64,000 bases of DNA from Mantamonas sphyraenae STR306 (GCA_026936335.1 JAPMXV010000028.1:1-64000); one strand, 5' to 3'. Positions 23,101-36,521 are shown, counted from the stretch's first letter. Notes: a model not told the origin generated them from the sequence alone. Program-made: numbers and translations.

Positions 23101-26100
23101 GATCCAAACGCCCGTCCACGTGCGTCGCCGCGTACACGTTTGCGTTGGCCCCTTTGCTCGTGTCTGCCATCAGCTTGCGGAAGTTTCGATCCAGCCTGTC
23201 AAACCGCTGCGCCTCTTCCGGCAGCTGCAGCCGGATGTCATCGCTGTCGATAAAGATCCCCTCCAGGTACATCCACTTGATTTGCACCTGCATCCAAAGC
23301 TCCGAAACCTCGCCGATGTGCGACAGGTTGCGTTCCCACTTGCGCACTTGCTCCATGAACGGCTGCGCGTATCGGCTGCTGTTCATCGTCGCAAGCGCCA
23401 AAAAGTTGTCCTCCAGCGTCGTTGTGATGTCTTCGATGCCACGCAAGATGTACCCGCGGTCTTCCGACTGGCCGCGTCCACCTGCGCCCCCGCCGCCGCC
23501 TCCCAAACGCATGTCGTTGCTCTTTTGGTACCGCTGCATCTCGAATCGCATCTTGTCCCACGTGTCTGCGATCTCCTTCAGCCCGTTCTCGATGCTCAGC
23601 TCCTTCGTCGCCCCGCTGGTGATTTCTGCAATGATCTCCGCGTACTTGTGCAGCTCCATCGCAAAGATGCTCTGCAGCGTAAACGTCTTTGGATTCATCT
23701 CGAACGACTCGCCCGTGATTTCCATCAGCTTCGTCCAGTGACGCGGACGCAGCGCCTCGTTCTTCAGGTCCGAAAACAGCGGGATCGAGTCACGGAACCC
23801 AAAGATCCGCTCTTCCACAACTTTGTACGGCGGCAGTTGCTTCAGCTCCTTGGGCAGTTTGCGCAGCCGGTTCACAAAGCTCTCTACGCCTCGCGTCAGC
23901 AGCACAATGTCCAGGTCGCTCCACAGCATGGTCGACCAGTTGTGCAGCGCCTCCTTCTGTTCGCTGTACAGCTCGTAGATCTGCGACAGCGCTGCCAGCT
24001 CCTTCTCCACCTCGGCCAGCTTCGGATACGATGTAATGGGCAGGTTGAACAGTTTCTCTGCAAGCACAAGCTCCTCACGCCTCTCGTTCTTGGCCTCCAG
24101 CTTCTTCTTAAACTTGGCGCACAGCTCCACTCCCTTGTCCATGTCGATTTCCATCGTGCCCTGGCCCTCCTCCTCACCACCCTCGCCTTGCCCTTCGTGC
24201 TCCACTCCCAGCGCTCCGGGGCCTTCGTCCTTGAACTCTTCCGTCAACGCGTGCACGTCCTTCTGGAAGTCTCGCACCTGCTTGCGCGTAATCTCCGTGA
24301 ACTGCTTCTTCACGCTCACCAGCTTGTGGTCCGTCACCGCGGCTTGGTGCATGAGCGCGCGCCAACGCACAGGCAGCGACGCAACCTGTTCCAACTCCTC
24401 CTCGGCCACCTCGACGCCGTACATCTCCAGCGTGCGGTATCGCTCCTGGCAGTCGCGGTACTTCATCTCGATCTCCATCGACGAGCTCTGGATCTCGTTG
24501 ATCACATTCAGCACAAACTTCAGCTGCGCCAGGCTCGACGGCTGTCGCTCCACGTTGCTCTGAAACGTCGCAATCTCTGCGTTGATCTCGTTCAGCAGCG
24601 CCCGAGACGAATCGTTCAGCAGCCGCCCAATCGACGCCACCCAGTCTTGCGCCGCGTTCTCAATGTCCTTTGCAAGCGGCGCACACGACACGCGGATGAA
24701 ATCCACGTCCAGCGCGAGGCTGCGCGACCGCACGTCCTGCGCAAGGTACGAGTACAACGTCAGCTTCTCGTCAAACGCCACGCAGCTCGGGTTGCGCGAT
24801 GCAAACTTTTGCAGCGTGTTGTTCTTTTCGATGCGCCACAGCGGCTTGTACATGCGCCAGTCCTCCAGGTGCTTGCCCACGTTTGCGTATGTCGTCCCAA
24901 TCTGCTCGTGGATCTTGGTCGTCACCACCCGGATCTGCGGCAGCTTGTTCACCTCCATGAAAAAGGTGAAGCGTCCGTCGTCCACCTCACCAATCTCAGA
25001 CTCGCCACCGCCTTGCCTCGCTTCTTGGCACGTCCCACGCTCCCAGCGACGGAACGCACGCGACGACTCCTTGCAATTCTTCAGCAGCTTCTTCAGCACC
25101 CGGTCCGCGTCTGCAAACTGCGGCGTCACAACGATCTCCGGAGCACTCAGGCTGGCCGTCACCTTGAACAGAGGCCGCGGACGCCTGCGTCGCGTCGATC
25201 CCTTCAGGTTCACGTGAAACACGGCCAGGAAGGTCGACAGCGCTGCCAGCGTCATGTGCACAATCGCCTCAAAGATCTTGCGCTCCCAGTACTGGTAGTA
25301 CTCCACCAGCACCTCACTGCGTCCGCTGTTTGTGCCCGCCACACTCTCCTCAATCTTGCCCAGCAGTTCTGTGATCGACTTGTACTTGGCGCTGATGTCG
25401 TCCATCACGCGCTGCCGGTTGCCTTCCACATAGTCGTAAAACTCGGTCAGCTCCATCAGCTCGTCGTCTCGTCCGCGCGGGGGGGCCTTGAACAGCACGG
25501 CACTCGAGATGCTCTTCACCACGCCCTGCACCAGGTCCGCGTTCTTCTTGATCCCGTTCACCTTGCTTTGGAACTCGTTGATGGCCTTGTTGCACGTGTT
25601 GATAAAGTCCGGAATGCCAAGCGCGTTCCAGTTGTGCACCTCCAGGCCCGGACGCAGCACCTGCTGCAGCTCCACAATGCGCCCCTCCAACAGTTTGAAC
25701 AACGGGCCGTCCAGTGAGTTGACTGCCTCCTGGTAGTTGTCCACCATTTCGCGCAGGCCCTCCACGTATCGGTGGTACTTCTCCTCCTGCAGCGTCACGT
25801 TGAGCGCCGTGTCCGGCACCTCAAAGCCCATTTGGTCCAGGTACTTTGTCTCTCGCATCAGAGTCTCCAGCTGCGGGTCAAAGTTGACCACCAGACGGCC
25901 TTCTTCGTTCACATCCAGGATGTTCAGCTTCAGCTTGCTCATGGCCAGGCTGTCCACACTCTCCTCCCACGTCGCGTACAGCTCCACGTTTTCGTACTCA
26001 CGCATGGCACGTCCCACCTCGATGTACCTGTTCTTGATTTCCTGGCCCTTGGGCGAATTCAGCATCTCTTCCAGAGTCATGAAGCGAAGCATTGTCTTTT

Positions 26101-28549
26101 TGATGCGCTGGAACAGCGACCGCGACCAGTTGATCGATCCAGACACAGGCGGCTGGTTCTTTGTGCGCGGGGGGTCATGCTTGTTCTCCTTGAACAGCTC
26201 GTACACCATGTCCACCTCCTCCCCGTATCGCGTCAGAATGTTGATGAACTTTTCCATCATCTTGGCGTTGATCGACTCGCGCGACTGGATGTTCTTGAAG
26301 TTTTGCAGCAGATCAAACGCTCCCTCCGCGGAGCGCAGCTTGTTGAACGCGTCGTCGATAAACTTGTTGGTGATCTGGTCGATGATGTCCACGTTTTCGT
26401 CAAACTTGCGCATCACCGTGCCCCAGCTCGTCACGTAGTGGCTGTCAAAGATGTCAAACGGCACCATTTCGATCGGTGCAATCAGTGCTTGCACGCGCTC
26501 GATGATGTTGTCCACACTCTTGGCATCCCCAGTCACCACCTTGAGTTCCGGCGACAAAAAGTTGTTGAATTGCTCCAGCACTTCCGCCACGTGGTACAGG
26601 TTGCCGCAGCGCTCGCTCATGTACCGTGTCTGGTCAAACAGTCGCTTGCGGTCAAAATCCCACCGTTTGTCCGAGTTCTGCTTGTCCATCTTGGCGCGTG
26701 TGTCCAAGTACGTTTGCTCCCAAGAATTCAGCACCTCCCGTGCCTCCTGGATCAGCTGCATCGCCTCTCGCGGCGAATGCTGCTGCAAAATCGAGCGCAC
26801 GTTGACCACTGTGCTCACCTTGTGCGCAATCTGCCATGCAATGCGCTCCATCAGCGGCACCATCTTTTCGTCCGTGTTGTAGTGCCTCGAAATGATCCAC
26901 ACCATGCGGATGGCATTCATCATCGACGGAAGCGTGTCCAAAATCGTCGTCAAGCTGCTGTTCTCGCTGCTGATGTTCTTGAAGTGCCTCTCCAGCGTCG
27001 TCAGGAACTTTACGTTGTCCTTTGCCTCCATGTAGTACTTGGTCAGCTCGCCAAACTGGTACGTAAAGAACATCCTGTTCTGGGAGTCCACCACCTTGAG
27101 CACCTCCAGGATTTTCTTCACCTCGGGCGTGCTCAGCTGCTCATACAGTGTGGACAGCGTGGCGTTGCGGTCGCGCCAAAACTCGATTTCCGCCAGCGGT
27201 CCGGGACCCTTGGGTTTCTGCTCCAGCTGGAACTCCACCGCCGACGAGATGGCGCTTGTCCACTCGTCCAGCGTCGTCTCCAGCACTGTGATCAGATCAA
27301 AATCTTGAGCGCACACAGACACGGGCTCGTCCGGAAGATCCGGCACCAGCAGGCGAACGTCGCTCTTGACCTGCTGCATGGCATGTTGTACCTGCAGTGC
27401 AAATCTCTGTGTGTTGGCAAGAAACTCGTTGCGCAGCGTCTCGTTGAAGCGTCCTTCCCCCACAGAGCTCAGGAACTTTGCATCCTGCAGCGAACGAGGG
27501 ATGACCGAACTGATCAGCGCGCTCTGCGGCGTGTTTCCTCCCACACCGCCGCTGCTGCCGCTGCTGCTACTGCTGCTGCTGCTGCTGCTGCTAGCCTTGT
27601 TGTATCCTGCGCTGCTCAACAGCGGGATGTACACCTCGGAAAGCACCTGTTCCAGCATCAACAGGGAGTGGCCGCTGAGTACGCCCAGCTCAAACTCGGC
27701 GCACATCACCTGTGCCATTTCTGTGATCCACGTCCATGCGGAGTCAGCCTCTTTGTTCTCTCTGAGCCTCCATGCATCCATTCGCGTGTCCATCACTCTA
27801 TCCCTCGGCCGCCCGTGCCCCCGAATGTGCAATCGACCGTTGGCGCCAACACTCACCGTGTTCGTTTTTCTTCACCGCAATGTGCTTGCCCGGGTTCAGC
27901 TGGCAAAAGTACATCGACGAGATGTCGTTGATGTTCTCTGGGAAGTGTTGAAATGCATAGCCAAGTCGCAGCCGCTTGCCTTTGCCTCCAGACACGCCTG
28001 CGCTGCTGCGCTGCTGGCTCTGCAGCGAGCGGCTGCTCAGAGCGTCCGAGTTTTCTGCGCACACCCACACACACACACACACAGTGTCAGCATAACTTGC
28101 ACGGTGCATGATACACTTTGCCCATTCGTCCCCCCACATGCCCAACCCTGTGTCTGCCTGGGCCCTTCCTAACCCCATCTGGCGACGGAAACCACCGGCC
28201 GAACAAAAACGCATCCGCCGCGCGCCAACACGGGCGCCGCCCACAGCCGTCCCTGTCCGTCAATCCTCCACAGAAGGCCGCGCTCACGGCCTCCATGCGC
28301 TGTCCATGCGCTCTTCCACCCGTTCGCCCACCACTTACGTCTGTCAATCTCGTCCTGGTCCTCCACATAAAAGAGTACAATGTCGATCGACGCTTGGTTG
28401 CCGTCAAAGAGGTCCACCAACTTTGAGCCAAGCAGGTAGTCGTTGCGCGTCAGCAGCTCCTGGAAGGAGCGTGCGGGCACGTGCAAGCCCTTCGTGACCT
28501 GTTGACCCAGCCATTTGAGCCGAGTGTCCTCGTCAATGGCACGTTCCAT
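14192..28549 (-). CDS. DNAH10: Axonemal dynein heavy chain, inner-arm I1/f alpha type, 3 exons
   Basis: Exons 28549-28339, 28054-27857, 27720-14192. P-loops GPAGTGKTET, GPTGGGKT, GETGTAKS, GIGGSGKRS; C-terminal PVYVTQQRRNAMGVGLVFEAD typical of DNAH10. Confidence 0.92.
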
Positions 28550-28604
28550 GTCCCTCGAAGTCGTGTTGGCCCGGCGAGGGCGTACCCAGAGCAAAATCCA
28601 CCCC

Positions 28605-29922
28605 ATGTCGTCACGGCCACGGCTCATCGTCCTCCGACCGGCCAGTGACCCTCCCACTCCCACCAGCGTCCTAACGGCAGCAGGACGCAGTGTGCTCGGC
28701 AACGACCCGGCCAGGCACTCCGCTGCCTCTCAAGACAACGATCCACCCAACAGTGGCTCGTGGGGCTCGGTGTTCCTCAGTCAGCAAAGCATCGGCGCCC
28801 TCGACACCTTGGACGATGATGAGCAGGCCACTGGCCAGTCTGCGGATCCGGTGGCCCCCTCTGTGCAGGCTGTCTTTAGCCAAGAGTTTGCACGCCACAC
28901 CGCAAGCTCCCAACCCACTTCTGCTGCTCCCATCACCCACTCAGCCGCGTTGACCAAACCACTCGCTTCAAATCCTCACTCTCACGACGACGACGACGAC
29001 GACGACAACGACAACATCGTAGCCAACGACGACGACGACGTTGACGACGTCGTCACCGGAACTCCAAACTTGCCCGTTTCCATCGGCACCCAACGCTCCA
29101 GCCAAAGCCAAACCTCCATGGACTCCAAGATTCTACAGTCGCTCGACATTCAAGACTTGGATCCCAACGAGCAACCAACGGCGTCGTCGAGCACGACTAC
29201 CGCCGTCAGCCAAGCTCCCTCTCAGCTCTGGAACAGCAGTGCCGTTGTTGAAGTCGAGTTTTCTCAGCAACCAAGCATGGACACACATCCAGACGACAGG
29301 ATACGGGCCTTGTCACGCACGCGTGCGACACGGGACGCCCAGGAACGCGGCGGGAACCAAGTCCAGGAACAGGTCTTGCTCGAGGCCGCTCTCGCCAACA
29401 TCGGCAACAGCCAAGTCATGGACGAGGAAAATGGCAGCCAAAGCGCACGCGAGGTTAGAGCTGTGATGAAGCGCCGTGGAAGCACACGCAGGATCCGTGT
29501 CCGCGAGCGCACGCCCGAATTGGCCAGTGGCCGCACAAGCACCTCATCCGCTGCCTCGCGTGCCAGCTCGACCAGCACAGGTACTCGCCCGTTTTCTGCA
29601 GCTGGGCAGGGAAACAGCGCTCTCTGGATGCAGAGTGTAGAGGCGATGCCCGCCCAGGACCGGCACGATTCCCTCTATGCGTCTCAACGAGGCAGCTGAC
29701 GAACCCCGCGTCCTCCCTCCGCTCAAGGCTTCCACCGACACCGCCTCCCAGGGCACCCTAGAAGACTTTTCCGCCGATCTCCATCACTCACACAACAAGA
29801 AGACGACCACCACCAGCAACAGCCTCCGCCATCGTTCTGTCTCAAACATCTTTCACGCCATGCGCACAACCAAGCAGCGGAGCAGCAGTCCCATCACTGG
29901 CACCCTCAACCTCTTTCACAAC

Positions 29923-29960
<38 letters not shown>

Positions 29961-31900
29961 TGACGATGACGACGGCGCTCCCGAAGATCTCACCCCCACA
30001 CAGCCCTACATCCCCTCCCCGAAGAAAGCCACGCCGCAACAGAAAGTCATCACGCCGCTCAAGGTCGACAACAACGACCTTCCAACCCCAGCTGGACACT
30101 CCCCCCGCTGTTACACATCATCCCTCCTCTCCATTGAGAGAGTATCGCTCGCCTGGCGAGATTCTGCGCGAGCGCCGGCGGGCCGCCTCTCCTGGCCATC
30201 AACCAGAGGCAGACATGCACGTCGAATCACCACAGGATGCAAATGCTGCTCTTGGAGAGTTTGAGTACATCGGCACCCAAGGCACACAGGAAACCGAAGG
30301 GAGCGTGCTCGACGACTCCAACCTCCCACACAGCAGCTCGCCAAGCGACGATCCCTCCACAGCAGTCGTCCAGGACTCCCAACCAACAGATGTTCAAGAC
30401 ACACAGGATGTTGAGTACGACAGTGACAACGACGTTGATGACGACATCCAGGACGACGCTTCAGAGGTCTCGGCAGGCTCGGCCTCCAGGAGGAGTGTTC
30501 ACGATCGACACACACAAAGCGACGCATCGGATCAATGCACCCACTGCGCGGCCACGCACACGTCTCAGTGGCGCAGAACGAAAAAGTTTGGCCTCCTGTG
30601 CAACCCGTGCTATGCGTACACACTCACGCACAACAGATCGTTGGTTGGACGCAGCACGGAGCCCTCCGATCGCACAAAGCGCCGGCGATCGAGGGGACAG
30701 AAGAGCAACCTCAACAAGCGATCTCGCTCGCCCACACCCACCCCCGATACAGATGGTGAGGTCGTTGGCCAATCCCCGGACCCGGAAGAGATCCAGGACG
30801 AAAAGCGCGCTCGCCTGGCCACGCCTCCTGTGCGTCGCAGTACACGCACCCGCAGGACCAATCCCATGCATAGGCAATCTCCAGAGTCTCTACACGACAC
30901 TGCACACAGGTCACAGCCCACAAGGAGAAGCAAAAGGTCGGCTGTGCGCAGTCTGCAACATGCAAGCAAAGATGTGGATGATGACGATGACGACGGCATC
31001 CCACAGGCACAAACAGACGGTGACACGGACACAGTTACAGAGGCCAAGGCCGTGCAGGCCTTGCCTGTGTGTTCAGGTCTTTTCAAACGCTACCAGTTCC
31101 TCTTTACTGGCATGACGGGCCCTCACCGAGCCCTTCGCGAGGCTCTCAAGGCCCTCATCCGGGAGTGCGGGGGGCGCACCATCGACACGATGCCCTACAT
31201 GGAGTTTCTGAACATGGGTGGTCTCATTCCAACCGATCAAACACGTGACAACGGTTCGGCGTCCGCCGCATATGCCTGCGAGCGGGACTTGATCTTTGTC
31301 ATTTCCCACAAGCCCACACGCACTATCAAGTACATGGCCTGCTTGGCATCCAACAGGCCCGTTGTAAACTACAAGTGGATCCTCGAGTGCGTTCGCGACA
31401 CGCAGGTCCTTCCGCTGCGTGACAAACACATTCTACCAGCCGGAGAAGATTCGTCGGGCCGCACAGTGCTTTTCTCCGCCGTTAACACCCGCCAGCTGGT
31501 CCTCCATGGCCACGCAGTCATTTTCCCGGAGCTGTCCGCGTCAGACGACAAGATCTCCGAATGGAAGGAGGTCGCGCAGGCGGCCGGAGCCACAGTCCTC
31601 CGCAAACTTCCATCCGTGGACGACCTACACAAGGATGTTCAACGTGCTGACGAGGCCTCCAGCTCCTCCAGCTCCCGCGGGAACCGAAGTGGAGAAAAGC
31701 TGGCAACGTCCAGCGTCGTGCACCACGTCCTTGTCGTGTTTGGCAAAACCCACAGCAGTGTGGTCAAGAACACTATGGTTCGAGCGAGAGCGCTAGGTAT
31801 CCCCTGTGTGGCACACCGATGGCTGGTGCAGACGTTCATTCAGGGCGTTCCTGTTCCCACCGAATCCCACGACGTCGGCTTCACCGACCACGATGAGTGA
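28605..31900 (+). CDS. 53BP1/Crb2/Rad9-like checkpoint mediator: SQ/TQ cluster, GATA-type zinc finger, tandem BRCT; two unresolved frame changes
   Basis: Many SQ/TQ dipeptides; CTHC-x17-CNPC at ~30537-30611; BRCT motifs LFKRYQFLFTG, RTIKYMACLA..PVVNYKWILEC, ILPAG, IPCVAHRWLVQ. Spread over three successive +1-offset ORFs. Confidence 0.65.
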
Positions 31901-33403
31901 ATTCCAGCATCTGCGCAATCCCCAAGTAGTCCACTTCCCTCGTTGTCCCGTCTTCGGAAAACGACGACGACGACGAAGACGACGACGACGACGACGATGC
32001 GGCGATCGGTTGGTCTTCTTGTCCAAATTCGGCTGCGTGCACAGAGCTCAGACGACTCTGTTCCGCTTGATCCTCCAGAACCAAAGCTCTCAATTCGGCC
32101 ATGGCATCCAGTGTTTCCGCATCTGTGCTTTTTGCCAGGATGGCCCCGAGAGTTTCGGCGCTCAGCCCGTTTTCTACTTCTGGTCCATCCTGCTTGTCCA
32201 TCAGCATCTGCAACAGTGCTGCGTCGTCACTTTCTTGCTCCTTCTCCCAGTATTCTTCCTCGTGATCCTCTTCCTCCCAATCCTCCTCCTCTTCACCCTC
32301 ACTGTGGCCATCATCGTCTTGCTGCAACACGTTGGCACTGGTACGCCACATGGACGCTGGGGGAAGCATGTGGAAATCGTCCAGCCATTCGCTCAGCACG
32401 TTGTACTTGAGCTCGTGACGCCAGACAGCGCACGTGTCGTTCCCTTTGTCGTCCACAGGCCAGTCGTCCACACGTGAGGCGTCGTTCGTGTCAGGCACAT
32501 CGTCTGGCGACAGGCGCAACAGCACCATGTCTAGGATGCGTTCCAAGACATTTGGCTCACCCGCATGTGGCCCGTGCTGTTCTTCGTCAAGCTCTTTTGC
32601 ACACAGCTCGGGATCAAAGTCAATCTGGGTTGCCAAGCTGTCGATTTCCATGGCAATATGGATTTTCCACACCAAATTCCGGTGGCAACATCGCACAAGC
32701 TGTCGAAGCCGTTGTACACTGGGCCACTTGCTCAGCGAACACAACTCGGCCCACACTCGCCGTGTGTTGTACTTGTCCTCAAGGGTGCGTGGATAGCCCA
32801 CCACGCCAAAATAACATTGTGGCTCGCGGCTCTCGGCCAACTGTTCTTGGAGCACATGTGTCAGCCACTCAAGATGAAGCCGTGTGCTAATGTCACAAGC
32901 TGGACACACCGCGCAACTCAACACGCCGTCTGGTTTTTTTCCTGACGCCTACTTACCGCCACGACTGATTTCCAATCGTCGGATGTGGCATGCAATGCCA
33001 CTCCCTGGGCAAAAAGAAACTCGGATTGGGACACGAAATCCGCCAGAAGCGCACGCAGATACTGCTCACGGACGTCGTTATCGGTGCCCACGTCTCGCAC
33101 AGCCCCTCCGGAAAGCAGCGACCAATTCACAACCAAGAGAGGTTCTTGATTGGTAGCTACGTCAGCCAGATGATCTTTGTACAGGGAAAGCATGCTACGT
33201 TGCGCTTTCTGCTCCTCCAGATCCGTGGTGTCCAGCTGCTGCAGCCGGGCCGGCGGCGGATGCAGAATGCTAGACCAGTACGCCTCGTCCAGCTCGTCGT
33301 CGTCGCTGCCCACCTCATCTTCCCAACTTTCTGGCACTGTGTCGTCCTTCAATGCGTCACTTTCCGCCACCTGCACGACGTCCTTCTGGTCGTCCTCCTC
33401 CAT
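31881..33403 (-). CDS. Hypothetical acidic protein, 2 exons
   Basis: ATG 33403 (MEEDDQKD). Intron 32956-32841 (GTAAGT...CTGAC...GAACAG) joins the two ORFs in frame. Confidence 0.65.
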
Positions 33404-33475
33404 TGGCCCACTGGAAGTTTTCGTCTGCCTGTTGGTGCGCAGCGCTGGAACAGCCAATAAAACACACACGCACAC

Positions 33476-34806
33476 ATGGCCAACTGGAAAACCATCTGCA
33501 TCCTGTTTGCCGTCTTGATGACCACTGTGGTCGCTGCAGAAGAAACTGCATCGTAGGTTTGGAAGGTGTCACGAAGCACACTCCCTGCGTGCGTTCATCA
33601 TCGCTCACACACCTTGAACGATTCGTACCATAGGACCCCTGTGGACACCGAGGCCGCCCACAACACACAAAGTGAAGCTGCGGAGGTTGCCACGGAGGAG
33701 GAGGTCGCCAGCTCGGGTGCCGACGCCTCTTTCGACGAAGACGAAGAGGACGAGAACGACGAGGAGGATTCCACGGCCGAGGAAGCGGAGGACGACGAGG
33801 ATGTGGATGACGAGGATAGCACCGATCTGGAGAGCACCGAGGTGGACAGCGACAGCGAGGTGGGTGACAACGACTTCTGGCGCCGCCGCCGCCGCCGTCG
33901 TCGCCGTCGTCGTGGCTTCCACGCCTCCAAGGTCAACAAGAAGAACCTGTGGCAGGTGCTGGCCAGCATCTACGACAAGTGTCCCACTGCCAAGCAGGTC
34001 GAAGAGTACTGTGAGAAGCTGGGTGGTAAGTTCTGGGGTCTGGTTGTCTGGTGGCATCGAGAGCAGGTCCACTTTTTTTCTCCGGATCCGACTTCAAAGA
34101 GCCCTCCAGCGATGGGGGTAAGCCTTTGGGCCGGTCCCAGGAGTGTGTCTTGTCGGGACAGGGCTTTTACCCCATACTGGAGGGTCGAAAGCGCACGTGG
34201 GGCCTGATGGGGCCGGTGGGAGCGCTTGGAGTGCGTGTGAAATCGCAATTGTTGCCTTTTTGGGGCCGTGCCCTCCCTGACACTTGTGCGTGGACACCCC
34301 CTGCATCATTCACAGACCTGAAGGAATGCCCGGACACCGCATGGTACTTTGCCAAGCTGGCCGTGGCATACAAGAACTGTAAGCACCTGCCCGAGGTGCA
34401 GGCCGTGTGGAACATTGCCCGCACCGACCCGTTCAACAAGTGCTCTTACAGCTGCCACTTTGGCAAGAAGTTGCACCGCAAGAACAAGGGAGAGGGTGAT
34501 TTCGTCCGCCACGACAAGTTCCTGCGCAAGTTTGATCTTCCGGCCAAGGGCAAGCTGCCCAACGTCGAGGACACCAGCAACGAGAGCGAGAACAACGACG
34601 AGGACGCAAGCGAGGACAGCGAGGATGGCGCAGACAGCGATGATGCCGATGTCGAGTCCTCCGACTCCACGCCGTCCACAGTGACTTCTGGTCTGGTCAT
34701 GTCCGAAGACGCCCTGAACCGCGCCCGTGACCAGGGCCGTGGCCAGCTCGTCAAGGACGTGGACATGGGTGGATCTGGCTGGTGGTGCTGCTTTGGCTTC
34801 TGCTGA
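33476..34806 (+). CDS. Secreted orphan precursor: signal peptide, acidic pro-region, Arg11 tract, Cys-containing domain, WWCCFGFC C-terminus; 3 exons
   Basis: MANWKTICILFAVLMTTVVA. Introns 33553-33633 (GTAGGT..CATAG) and 34026-34315 (GTAAGT..CACAG) give one continuous frame. Confidence 0.75.
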
Positions 34807-35017
34807 TCGCCCACAACCCAACCTCGTGGTTGTTTCCAAGTGCAATGCAATGAAGACCTGACCCGACACTCTCCCTCCACACACGTCCCACACAAGGTCA
34901 CCCGTCTTGATGGCTGCACCGTACACACGTCCCTGTGTTTCCACAATCTGCACCCGCAACCATGCCCACTGCTCGACCTGTCTCGCAAGTGCACCCAATC
35001 CAACACCGCGCTCCCGA

Positions 35018-36521
35018 ATGTCGTCATCGTCCGGCAGCGAGGACTCGGACATCCTTTTTGCTGGATTCAACCAGGACTACACTTGCATTGCATATGGCAC
35101 AAAGACAGGTTTTGCCATCTACAATGTCGACCCGTTCAAGGAGCGCTTCCGCCGCGAGTTTGAGGGCGGAATCGGCTACGTGGAGATGCTCTTCCGCTGC
35201 AACATCCTCGCCCTTGTTGGAGGAGGCGAAGATCCCGCCTTCCCAGACAACCTCGTCGTCATCTGGGATGATCACAAGAACAAGTGCATTGTGCAGCTGG
35301 AGATGCGCACTCCAGTCAAGGCTGTCAAGCTGCGACGCGACCGGTGCGTTCGTGGCCCTGCCGCCATTCCCGCCTCCAATTACCCCGATTCTCCCACACA
35401 CACACACACACACACACACACGCGCGCGTGCTCGCCCTTTGAACCTCCGTGACGGGCTCTGCAAAGTTCCCAATCCGTTTGACCCTTCCTGTTTTGTGTC
35501 CCTATGGTCCCTGCGCCTCGTTTGCTAGCGTTCTCTCACTGACCCGCCCCCTGTGTTTTCCGCACTCTCTGGCTTGCGTTGCCCGCCCATTGCCCTCGTC
35601 GCTGCTCCCTCCCAGAATCATTGTGGTGTTGACCAACCAGGTCTTTGTGTACAGGTTGTCTGACGCCAAGCCTCTCTATCTGCTCGACACAACCGACAAC
35701 GAACTCGGCCTTTGCGCCATTTGCCCCTCCACCACAAACTTTGTCCTCGCCGTGCCGGGTTCCAAAGACGGCGACATCCACATCGAATCGTTTGATGACG
35801 ACGGTCACGTCGACATCTCCGGTGCTCACAACAACGCCCTCTCTGCAATGGCCATGAACACCAACGGCACACGGTTGGCCACCGCATCCGAGAACGTACG
35901 TTTCCCGTGTCCCTTTGCCCGCCAGCCCCAGCCCCTGTGTGGCCATTGCTCATCAATGATCCACTGATCTAGTCGTAGCCACACACACCACACACACATG
36001 CTCACGTCTTCCCACCCTTCACTCGCTTTCCTTGCGCACAGGGCACATTGGTGCGCATCTGGAACACAAGCAACGGAGACAAGCTGCAGGAGCTCCGCCG
36101 TGGCTCCTCCCCTGCCCAGATTTACTGCCTCAACTTCAATTACGACACCACACTGGTGTGTGTGTGTGGTTCCACTGGCACCGTCCACCTTTTTGCCCTC
36201 AACGACGACTCGCGTGAGGGCAAGTCATTCAGCAAGCAGAAGGCCAAGGAAAGCGAAAACACAAACATTGGATGGCTGGGAGGCATGACGTCCATCCTAC
36301 CAGAGTACTTTAGCAGCGAGTGGTCCTTCTGGAGGCTCAAGCAACTCGACAACCCCTGTATCTGCGCTTTTGGCGCCGAGCAGAACGCCATCGTCGTCGC
36401 CAGCAAGTCAGGCAAGTACTACAAGGCCGAATTTGACCCCAACAGTGTACAGGATCTGGAGCCCAGCGACGAGAAGAACTGGGCAACCTATGTTCTTGAG
36501 GACAACGTGTCCAGCTCGTGA
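35018..36521 (+). CDS. PROPPIN WD40 protein, WIPI3/4 (HSV2)-like, paralog 1
   Basis: [55 protein letters not shown]. Introns 35344-35615 and 35896-36040. Confidence 0.9.

Noticed and set aside
22256-27931. Very long antisense ORFs opposite dynein (also opposite TCP1, USP7 and PABP)
   Set aside because: Shadow frames produced by GC-rich biased codon usage; L/V/H/Q-rich translations with no motifs.
32841-32956. Apparent frameshift in the minus-strand orphan
   Set aside because: Explained by a 116-nt GTAAGT...CTGAC...CAG intron.
34026-34315. Apparent frameshift between ORFs 33566-34207 and 34051-34806
   Set aside because: Fully explained by a canonical 290-nt GTAAGT...CACAG intron.
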